From UHGV virus genome UHGV-0364569: a DNA stretch of 33,487 bases. One strand, given 5' to 3'. Made by a program: the position numbers and the translations under genes. Of this stretch, positions 16,627 through 24,213 are shown one piece after another; position 1 is the stretch's first letter; the number at the start of each line of letters is the position of its first letter. Under the pieces are notes generated by a model, which saw nothing but the letters and a program-made list of their open reading frames with translations, ran no database searches and had not been told where the DNA came from. The DNA is from a virus.

Positions 16627-17864
16627 GCAACTACCGAGACAGATACATCGCCCGCGGCATCCCGGATTTTGACCCGGCTGCCTGCGCTCCGTACCCCGTC
16701 GGCCAGGTCCCGCAATCAGGCTGGTACCTGATTGAGCCGGCCGGCACCTACACCATCCCGGTGCCCGACACCTCCATCGCCCCAGGCAAGCGCTGGGACG
16801 TGGACGAGGTCATCGACGAGGCAGCACTGCAGGCCATCTGCGAGTCCTACGATCCTGCCATCAACGGCGGCAACGGCATCCAGGTCAACAACGACCACCT
16901 GCATCTGCGCACCACCGGCGATAACCCGGCCCTGGGCTGGTGCAAGGCGCTGGACTACGGCCGGGTCGACGGCAGCCTCTACCAGGCTGCCTACATCGCC
17001 TGGGTCAAGGACACCCACCATGACCTCAACCAAGGCAAGTACTGGGCATTTAGCACCGAGTACAAGCTGGCCGACTATAAGCGCGTCTACGACAACGGCT
17101 ACAGCCCGACGCGCCTGTCCGGTCTGGCCGTCACCAACAACCCGGACCACGAGGCCCAGCCGGGCATCATCCGCCAATCCGCTGCAGGCGATGTGGTCGT
17201 CCACAGCCGCAGTGCCACCATCTCCCAAACCACAACCATGAGCAAGAAAGCAACACAGCAACGGGTCCTGCACTCCGACGATGCCGCCGGAGATGAGGAA
17301 AAGAAGAAGCAAGAAACCAACACCAACAATGACAATCCTTCGCCCGCTACCACGGAGGAGGAAAAGAAAAAGGAAGACGAAACCAATACCAACAACGACG
17401 ACCAAAACAAAGACGAAACCAACTGCAACTCGGACGACGAGGGCTGGCTGGGGATCTGTAACGAGATCGCCAAGGCACTCAACCTGTCCGAGACCGCGAC
17501 CGGGGACGACATCCTCAAGGCCGTGACGGATCTCAAGACGGATTTTGATTTGCTCAAGCAGCAGGTCGATGAGTCCAACGGAGGCTCCGTTGCCCACAAC
17601 AGGGCACCCCTGCCGCGACAGCTGCATAACAAGGGCAACCAGCAGCGCATGGACCCCAAGGTCACTCCTGCGGGTGTGATCACCCACCGCACGCCGGAGG
17701 GCAAGGCCGTCAAGGTGCCGCAGAGCGACGTCGATCTGGTGGCCCATTGCCGCAAGGCCGTGGACGCCGAGGTCACCAAGCACGGCCGCGCTCTGACTCC
17801 GGGCGAGTACAACCGCACCTGGACCAGGGCTGCGGAGGAATTCACGTCCTCACGCAGCAAATAG
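16623..17864 (+). CDS. head maturation protease fused to scaffold (Mu gpI/Z-like), 413 aa
   Basis: The N-terminal domain resembles the Mu-like prophage I protein. It has an acidic low-complexity linker with an internal tandem repeat and a helical C-terminus. It shares an ATGA overlap with the portal. Confidence 0.75.
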   Translation: MSNYRDRYIARGIPDFDPAACAPYPVGQVPQSGWYLIEPAGTYTIPVPDTSIAPGKRWDVDEVIDEAALQAICESYDPAINGGNGIQVNNDHLHLRTTGDNPALGWCKALDYGRVDGSLYQAAYIAWVKDTHHDLNQGKYWAFSTEYKLADYKRVYDNGYSPTRLSGLAVTNNPDHEAQPGIIRQSAAGDVVVHSRSATISQTTTMSKKATQQRVLHSDDAAGDEEKKKQETNTNNDNPSPATTEEEKKKEDETNTNNDDQNKDETNCNSDDEGWLGICNEIAKALNLSETATGDDILKAVTDLKTDFDLLKQQVDESNGGSVAHNRAPLPRQLHNKGNQQRMDPKVTPAGVITHRTPEGKAVKVPQSDVDLVAHCRKAVDAEVTKHGRALTPGEYNRTWTRAAEEFTSSRSK

Positions 17865-17901
17865 CTCCACTCCCAACTCTCAACACTCAACTCTAAACAA
17901 G

Positions 17902-18327
17902 ATGATTATTAAGCAAACTCCCGTGGTGCGCCGCGACTGGCCGGCCGGCACCACCGGCACCGACAAGAGCGAGGGCAAATTCGCCAAGCTCTCCGCTGAC
18001 GGACAGACGATGTCCCTGGTGACGTCCGCCACCACCGTCCCTGACGGCGTCGTCAGCAACCCCGACGGACGCGACGGCGCCGACGGCAACGGCGGCGACC
18101 TGATCCTGATGCCTCATCCGGGCATCGTCCAGGTCCGTCTCAACGACACTCCCGGCATGATCGAGACCGGCACCTATCTGGTGCTGTGCGCTGATGCCAC
18201 CGTCAAGGCAGCCACCGGCACGGCCGGTGAGCTCATCGTGGCTCAGTCCATGGCCCCCAACACCAGCGGACAGGGCAGCTGCCTCCACGAGGCCCTGCTC
18301 GTCGCCTGGGCAACGCCCACCGCCTAA
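17902..18327 (+). CDS. hypothetical head protein (141 aa), possibly decoration/DUF2190-like
   Basis: ATG ORF between the scaffold and the major capsid protein, with a CT-rich leader. Confidence 0.5.
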   Translation: MIIKQTPVVRRDWPAGTTGTDKSEGKFAKLSADGQTMSLVTSATTVPDGVVSNPDGRDGADGNGGDLILMPHPGIVQVRLNDTPGMIETGTYLVLCADATVKAATGTAGELIVAQSMAPNTSGQGSCLHEALLVAWATPTA

Positions 18328-18364
18328 TACGCTATTAACTGTTAACTAATCACTATTAACTCAT

Positions 18365-19333
18365 ATGAGCACATCTGCAACTTACGCCGTCAACCTGCCG
18401 CTGACCAACTACATCGTCGGCTGGTACGGCACTCAACTCCACGACCCGGCACGCTTTCTTGCTCCGGGTGTCAAGGCCCCCGGCTTGCTGACCTCCTACA
18501 AGCGCTACCTGCGCCAGGACGCATTTGCGGTCTCCGATACCCGGCGCGGCATGTACGAGGCACCTCGCACCATCGACATCCAGGGAGAGGACCTCCCGGT
18601 CATGTTGGAGGAGCACACCCTCAAGATCGGCATCGACGACCGCGAGCTGCTCGGTGCCATCGACCAGGAGGTCTACCGTAACAGCCTGCGCCAGGCCAAG
18701 ACCCGGGGACTGGCCCGCCGCATGTTGATTAGCCACAACAAGGAGGTGTTTGATTACGCCAACTCCATCATCCCCAGCATCACCAAGGTGGGCGACACCA
18801 ACGAGGCCAACAAGTGGACCAACCTGGACCTGCCCTTGGCGGATATCCTGAAAAAGATGGCTAAACAATTTGCTCGGAACAATGGAGTCTATCCCAACCG
18901 CATCCTGACTACGGGCGATATCTGGGACCTTGTTGAGGCCAACAAGCAAATCCAGTACAAGATGGGTGAGGGGTCTCCCAAGGTACTCACCCAGGACAAG
19001 TTCCTGGATTTTATCGGTCTAAAAGGAGACGACATCCCGCCGGTCAAGATCATGCGCTCCATCGCCTCCTACAATCCCGGAGGCGTGGCGGGAGCAGAGG
19101 TGGACAACGTCAGCATCGTGGGCAGCAATTTCTACTTGTTTTACGCTGACGACGATCCGAGCCCATTTGACATCACGGCGCTCAAGACGCTCAACATCGC
19201 CGGAGACGACATGTACAGCACGGTGGAGACCTACCGCGACGACGACATCTCCACAGAGTGGCTGCGCATCAAGGGCCACCACAAGGTGGTCTTCTCGGCT
19301 CCCTCCTGCATGATGCGCATGCAGATCGCCTAA
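18365..19333 (+). CDS. major capsid protein (Mu gpT-like), 322 aa
   Basis: Size, position and overall pattern fit the Mu-like major head subunit family. Confidence 0.8.
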   Translation: MSTSATYAVNLPLTNYIVGWYGTQLHDPARFLAPGVKAPGLLTSYKRYLRQDAFAVSDTRRGMYEAPRTIDIQGEDLPVMLEEHTLKIGIDDRELLGAIDQEVYRNSLRQAKTRGLARRMLISHNKEVFDYANSIIPSITKVGDTNEANKWTNLDLPLADILKKMAKQFARNNGVYPNRILTTGDIWDLVEANKQIQYKMGEGSPKVLTQDKFLDFIGLKGDDIPPVKIMRSIASYNPGGVAGAEVDNVSIVGSNFYLFYADDDPSPFDITALKTLNIAGDDMYSTVETYRDDDISTEWLRIKGHHKVVFSAPSCMMRMQIA

Positions 19334-19417
19334 TGCAGAGTGGAGTGTGGAGAGTTAAGAGTTGAGATGCTCTTGCCTCCACGCTCCCTCTCAATTAACA
19401 CTCAACCCTCAATCAAG

Positions 19418-19969
19418 ATGGCAACCAAGAAATCAACCAATACCAACAATACTTACGCTCCTCAGGCTCCCGCCCAGGAGGCGGCCCCCACCAATACCGA
19501 CCATAACCAGACCACGCCGACCGTGGAGGACACCGCTGCCGAGGCATCCACACCGGAGCCTGCAGCCAGTCCCACCCATCAAGCTGCCGTAGATACCCCC
19601 ACGGCTGCTGACAAGGGTGATGGCACCAACCAGGAGGCAGGGGACGATCCCGGCCCCAACATGACCAGTCACGATTACGATGCCCTGCATGGTCTGACCT
19701 CCAACGTCCATGACGACAGTGCCACCGGAGAGCAGCCTCCCCTCGCCCTCCTGACTGCCGAGCGGATTGGATTGACTCCCAGACAGCACGTGACATCCAT
19801 CATCGCCGGAGGCGTGATCAGCGGCATCCTGGCCCGGACCAAACCTTACGAGGTGCTCGACCTGCGCAAGGCAGCCGAGGCCATCGGCATGTGTGACACG
19901 ATCGTCGATATGATCCTGCACCTCGACGATCCCGCCCCGGAGTCCCCGGACGAGCAACCCAACTCTTAA
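19418..19969 (+). CDS. hypothetical 183-aa late protein with a T/N/P/A-rich N-terminal module
   Basis: ATG preceded by the CT-rich leader. The GTG start at 19340 in the track is unlikely. The N-terminus is paralogous to that of 23310..23522. Confidence 0.5.
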   Translation: MATKKSTNTNNTYAPQAPAQEAAPTNTDHNQTTPTVEDTAAEASTPEPAASPTHQAAVDTPTAADKGDGTNQEAGDDPGPNMTSHDYDALHGLTSNVHDDSATGEQPPLALLTAERIGLTPRQHVTSIIAGGVISGILARTKPYEVLDLRKAAEAIGMCDTIVDMILHLDDPAPESPDEQPNS

Positions 19970-19995
19970 CTCTCCACCCTCTACTCTCAACAACA

Positions 19996-20463
19996 ATGTC
20001 AAGCTGGATCACATTGACGGCGGACATGCTCACGGAGGCCATCGACCGAGCGGAGCTGGAGGCCATCACGGCCGCCGACACGGATGGCACCGTCATCCCC
20101 GGCATCATCCAGGACGTGACGGCAGCCGTGCGCGAGGCCATTGCTGCCAACGCCGCCAATGTGATGGACCTGCAGAGCGACACCACCATCCCGCGCACGC
20201 TCAAGCCGGAGGCCCTGGACATGATCGCCTGGCGTCTGCTCAAGCGGTTTGCGGTGATGGTCTCCGAGGACCGGGATAAGGCCAACACAGCCGCCCGCGA
20301 GCGGCTGGAGGCCGTCCGGGCCGGCACCCACCGGGTGATCGGTCCGGATGGCCGCATGCCCGTGCCTCCCGGTAAGCGCCCCTACGTCCAGGGACCGCGC
20401 CCTGCCTACGGCTCCGGAGCTCCGGGGTTGTTCCCGTCCCCCGGACGGGGAGTTAACAGGTAA
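19996..20463 (+). CDS. Mu gp36-like protein (DUF1320), head completion/connector candidate
   Basis: 155-aa product with a DUF1320-like N-terminal pattern. Confidence 0.5.
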   Translation: MSSWITLTADMLTEAIDRAELEAITAADTDGTVIPGIIQDVTAAVREAIAANAANVMDLQSDTTIPRTLKPEALDMIAWRLLKRFAVMVSEDRDKANTAARERLEAVRAGTHRVIGPDGRMPVPPGKRPYVQGPRPAYGSGAPGLFPSPGRGVNR

Positions 20464-20507
20464 CAGCAGCTCAACTCTCCACTCTCAACCCTCCTCACTC
20501 AACAGCA

Positions 20508-21902
20508 ATGCCCTCTCCCTCGGATATCATGCGTGCCAAGGTCACGGTGCCTGCTGCCGGCATGTCGTCGGCGGACTGGGACGGCGTGGACCCGGATATC
20601 CGCGAGCGCTCCTACTGGACGGCCAGGCAGGGGCACTATGCGCGTGTGCAGGGATTTAGGGATCGCTCCCAGGGCATTGTGGACGGCAACCTGTCCGAGG
20701 CCGACGCCCTGCGCGAGGTCCGCGCGATGCTCAAGGCCACCGGCTACCAGCCGGAGCCCGGCACAGAGGGCACCATCCAGGACCTCAACTCCGACGCCCG
20801 CCAGCGCCTGATCCTGGAGACCAACGTGGCCATGGTCCAAGAGCGAGCCTACCGGGACTCCATGATGGGGTCGCTGGCCTATCCGGCCCAGCGTCTGGTG
20901 CGTATCCGTTACAGCCGCCAGCCCAGGGACTGGGCCGCCCGCTGGAGGGAGGCGGCGGCGGCCGTCAACTACGAGGGCGTGGCCACCGACGGCTCCCACA
21001 TCGCGCTGCTTACCTCGCCCATCTGGCGCAAGCTCAGCCGATTTGACCTGGACTATCCTCCGTTTGATTTTAACTCCGGCATGGGGGTTGACCCGGTTGA
21101 CTACGAGGAGGCTCAGCGCCACGGCCTGGTTATCCCGGAGGCGACGGTGGATGACATGGACGGCGAGTCACTCAACGCCAGCCTGGAGGCGTCCATCGCC
21201 AAGATGGACGGCGACCTGCAGCAGGCATTTGTCGAGGCTCTGGAGGATTGCGTGGAGGTGGAGGGAGACCGCGTCTACTACACCGACCCCAACGGCACCC
21301 GCCCGGTGCACTGGAGCGAGGCCGGGCGTGTGATCTGCGGGCAACGCCCTCCCGTCATCCCGGACACCCAGGCCAGGGCCATGGTCAAATTCGTGGAGGA
21401 CCAGCGTAAATTCGACCGGGCGCAGCGCGGAGTCCAGGACTACGCCACCCAGGAGGAGTGGGACGCCCTCTACGATGCCGTCAACCGCATCAAGCCCACC
21501 GACGTCCGGGAGAGCGGCACGCTCTACCGGGGCATGTCCATCGACCCCAACAACGCCGACCAATTCCTGGCTGCCATCAAGCGCGACGGCTACCAGGCAT
21601 TGCCCACCAAGATGGTGGACAGCTGGTCACGCACGGAGGAGACAGCGCAACGGTTTGCCGCTGCCGGCAAACCGGGCAACGAGAGGATCATCCTTGTCAA
21701 CGATGACTACCGCTCCGGCCACCGCATCGACACCATCGTCCGCACTCTCCAGGAGCAGAGGCGTCTTGTCAACAAGTCCGACCAGCATCCCCATACCAAC
21801 GAGAGCGAGGTCCTGTTCATGCAGGGCGTGCGCCACGGGGTCAACAAGATCGTCCGGGGGAGGGACGGTACACCCACCTACGTCTATGTCAGCGAGCAGT
21901 AA
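20508..21902 (+). CDS. MuF-domain head-morphogenesis protein fused to a C-terminal R-S-E-class ADP-ribosyltransferase toxin domain (464 aa)
   Basis: aa 95-195 are MuF-like (RQRLILETNVAMVQERAYRD...YPPFDFNSG). aa ~300-464 carry ART motifs: LYRG (R341, nt 21528-21530), SWS (372-374, nt 21621-21629) and ESEVLF (E432/E434, nt 21801-21809). Confidence 0.7.
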   Translation: MPSPSDIMRAKVTVPAAGMSSADWDGVDPDIRERSYWTARQGHYARVQGFRDRSQGIVDGNLSEADALREVRAMLKATGYQPEPGTEGTIQDLNSDARQRLILETNVAMVQERAYRDSMMGSLAYPAQRLVRIRYSRQPRDWAARWREAAAAVNYEGVATDGSHIALLTSPIWRKLSRFDLDYPPFDFNSGMGVDPVDYEEAQRHGLVIPEATVDDMDGESLNASLEASIAKMDGDLQQAFVEALEDCVEVEGDRVYYTDPNGTRPVHWSEAGRVICGQRPPVIPDTQARAMVKFVEDQRKFDRAQRGVQDYATQEEWDALYDAVNRIKPTDVRESGTLYRGMSIDPNNADQFLAAIKRDGYQALPTKMVDSWSRTEETAQRFAAAGKPGNERIILVNDDYRSGHRIDTIVRTLQEQRRLVNKSDQHPHTNESEVLFMQGVRHGVNKIVRGRDGTPTYVYVSEQ

Positions 21903-21909
21903 TAACAGA

Positions 21910-22140
21910 TCAACCCTTACGCTGGAGATGGCGGTTCTGGCGGCCGTTGTCATGGCGGCCGCTTACAAACGGTCTGGCCGGCTGCCAGCCCTGGGCGCGG
22001 GCGCGGCTTTCCCAGTCGGACGGCTCCGGCCGGGTGGTGGTTGCAGCATCGCGCGGTCTGGCCAGCTCCTTGAGCCACCAGCGCAGGTCGCGGTTGCTGA
22101 TCTTGCCGTCCATCCCACTCATGTCCCCCTTATGCCTCAA
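21910..22140 (-). CDS. antisense small basic protein (76 aa) in the gap after the MuF-ART gene; immunity/regulator candidate
   Basis: Strong GC3 bias in this frame (about 80 percent G/C at codon position 3), unlike the plus-strand shadow frame. An AAGGGTTGAGG motif precedes the ATG. Confidence 0.3.
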   Translation of the reverse strand: MRHKGDMSGMDGKISNRDLRWWLKELARPRDAATTTRPEPSDWESRARAQGWQPARPFVSGRHDNGRQNRHLQRKG

Positions 22141-22160
22141 CCCTTAACCGATGTCAACTC

Positions 22161-22799
22161 ATGATCAGGTTGCACGTAGATGTGATTGGCCTTAACCGGC
22201 TCCCCCTGGCTCCTGCCATCCGCACGGAGATGGTGGCCGATGTAGCCAGGGCTGCCCGCCAGGCGGTGAGGGATAGCTTTCAATCCATGCTCGACCGCAC
22301 CCAGTCCCAGGGATTCTGGGGCAAGGCCAAGCGATCAGTCAACCCTCCCGTCATCCGGGACAACAAGGCCACCATCGACATCACCCACATCGGCGTGCGC
22401 CTGCAGTGGCTGGGCGGCACCGTCAAGCCCTCCGGCCGCAAGTCAGAGGTGACCGGCCGCCGCATCAAGAGCCTGCTCATCCCGTTTAGGGACTCACCAC
22501 TCCGCCGGCGCTCCCTGGCCAGCCTCCACATCCCGGATGAGGAGGTCATGGTCCTGGGCGACGTCGATACCGGCAGCGCCATCCTGGCCCGCGTCAAGCA
22601 GCGTAAGCGCCGCAACAAGGACGGCCGCTACCAGGACGTCACACCACTGGGTGCCCTGGTCAAGTCCGCCACCATCCCGGCCCATCCGGAGGTGATGCCC
22701 TCCCGCGAGCAGATGCGCGAGTATGCCGTGCACGCCGCCACCCTGGTCCTCAACCGCCTCCTGCCCCAAGCCGACGACAACTCCACTCTCAACTCTTAA
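22161..22799 (+). CDS. virion morphogenesis/tail-completion-like protein (212 aa)
   Basis: The pattern TEMVADVARAARQAVRDSFQ...FWGKA recalls the phage virion morphogenesis (gpG/gpS-like) family. Confidence 0.45.
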   Translation: MIRLHVDVIGLNRLPLAPAIRTEMVADVARAARQAVRDSFQSMLDRTQSQGFWGKAKRSVNPPVIRDNKATIDITHIGVRLQWLGGTVKPSGRKSEVTGRRIKSLLIPFRDSPLRRRSLASLHIPDEEVMVLGDVDTGSAILARVKQRKRRNKDGRYQDVTPLGALVKSATIPAHPEVMPSREQMREYAVHAATLVLNRLLPQADDNSTLNS

Positions 22800-22817
22800 C
22801 TCTCTAATCTCCACACA

Positions 22818-23282
22818 ATGGACAAGGATTACAAGCTCGCCGAGCATCTCATCAAGCACCTGCAGCAGGACGACGTCCTGGCTCCGATGGTGTGCCCCAC
22901 CGTGTGGGACGACCAGGACCAGGTGGACGCCATCAACCGCGTGGCCATTGGCAAGCCCGGCAGCGTCGCTGTCACTCCTGCAGGATACGTCCCTCTCTTG
23001 GAGATGGGAGTCGATGCTCCGATGGTGCGCATGCACGCCGTGCTGGCCGTGAGCTGCTTTGCCAGGACAGCCGGGATGCCCGGAGGCATGCCGCCTCTGC
23101 GCTGCCTGTCCGGCATGGTCGGGCAGGCCCTGCACGCGGTCCGCATCTGGGACCCGGTCGTCGACCGCGTCTGCTACGACATGCCCTCCGTGGCATCCGT
23201 CGAGGATTACGATATGAGTAAGTCCAAGCTGACCGGCTTCCGCGGCCGCGCCATCATCCTCTACGCCCCCGTCAACTTTTAA
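22818..23282 (+). CDS. hypothetical 154-aa late protein (gp37-like position)
   Basis: ATG with a CT-rich leader. Confidence 0.5.
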   Translation: MDKDYKLAEHLIKHLQQDDVLAPMVCPTVWDDQDQVDAINRVAIGKPGSVAVTPAGYVPLLEMGVDAPMVRMHAVLAVSCFARTAGMPGGMPPLRCLSGMVGQALHAVRIWDPVVDRVCYDMPSVASVEDYDMSKSKLTGFRGRAIILYAPVNF

Positions 23283-23309
23283 CATCACTCTCACCCACAA
23301 CACACAACC

Positions 23310-23522
23310 ATGGCTAAGACCAATACAACCAACAACACAGATACGACCGGCACGACTCCGCAGGCGCCCGCCCAGGAGGAGACGCTGGTGTTAGTCCGCG
23401 TGACCAAGACAGGCACGCTCATCAACGGCGCTTACGGGCGTGCAGGTGCGACCGCCAAAGTGACAGCCTCCCAGGCCAAGGCCCTGGAGGCGGCCAAGCT
23501 GGCCGTCATCATCGGCGTGTAA
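23310..23522 (+). CDS. small 70-aa late protein with a T/N-rich N-terminus paralogous to 19418..19969
   Basis: MAKTNTTNNT...PQAPAQEE resembles MATKKSTNTNNT...PQAPAQEA. The DNA CAGGCGCCCGCCCAGGAGGAG matches 19/21 with CAGGCTCCCGCCCAGGAGGCG. Confidence 0.45.
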   Translation: MAKTNTTNNTDTTGTTPQAPAQEETLVLVRVTKTGTLINGAYGRAGATAKVTASQAKALEAAKLAVIIGV

Positions 23523-23555
23523 CTACCAACCATTAAACAACCACTAATCACTGAT

Positions 23556-24137
23556 ATGTCTAGATTTATCATCCCCGGCCTGATCATCGGCTCCAAGGTC
23601 AGCATCGCCAAATTCGGAGCCTCCATCGGCAGCGGCGACCAGGCCAAGACCGTGTCTGCAGACTGGCTGCCCGTCCCTCCGAGCGACGAGGACCCCGGTC
23701 CCTGGCTCTACATGGGCAAGGTCCGCACCAGCAACCCCCAGATTGAGCCCAAGACGGCCGAGCTTGAGGGTACCGGCGGCGGGGGCACCTACGAGACCGA
23801 GGAGATGCAGCTGGTCACCAAGCGTAAATTCTTGTTTGCCAGCAACTACATCACCCCGGAATTCCTGCAGTTGTCCTTTGGCCTCAAGGAGGACTGGGGC
23901 ACGGAGCAGGTTGTGTTTGCCGCCGGCTCCACGCAGATCGACGTCTACGTCTACACGGAGTGGACCGACGCCTACCGCGACGGCGCCAGGATCATGAGCG
24001 CCTGCATGCAGGGCCGCCTGCGCTTGGTCAACCCGGCCAAGGCGGCCTCCGATCCGTCCCTGGCCGAATTTGAGCTCAGCGTTGTTTACAACCCGCTCTG
24101 CAAGCTGACGCCTGACGCGGACTATCCGGCGGCCTAA
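23556..24137 (+). CDS. tail tube/major tail protein-like (193 aa)
   Basis: Size and beta-rich pattern. It shares the ACTAATCACT leader with the major capsid gene. Confidence 0.5.
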   Translation: MSRFIIPGLIIGSKVSIAKFGASIGSGDQAKTVSADWLPVPPSDEDPGPWLYMGKVRTSNPQIEPKTAELEGTGGGGTYETEEMQLVTKRKFLFASNYITPEFLQLSFGLKEDWGTEQVVFAAGSTQIDVYVYTEWTDAYRDGARIMSACMQGRLRLVNPAKAASDPSLAEFELSVVYNPLCKLTPDADYPAA

Positions 24138-24213
24138 GCACGCCACTTCCTCCCGGCGATCCCGCCGGGAGGAACCTTTCTCAACTCTCCACTCTCCTCC
24201 CCCCCACACTGAT

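Noticed and set aside
13392-17890. Long antisense ORFs (13392..14819, 14785..16371, 16716..17783, 17099..17890 and many 60-200-aa ORFs on both strands)
   Set aside because: Typical open shadow frames of GC3-rich coding DNA, with G/A/R/P-rich low-complexity translations. They overlap well-supported terminase, portal and scaffold genes.
21927-22164. Plus-strand 78-aa ORF in the post-toxin gap (MAVLAAVVMAAAY...)
   Set aside because: Mixed codon third positions and A/G/P/L-rich composition look like the shadow of the better-supported antisense ORF. It is kept only as an alternative.
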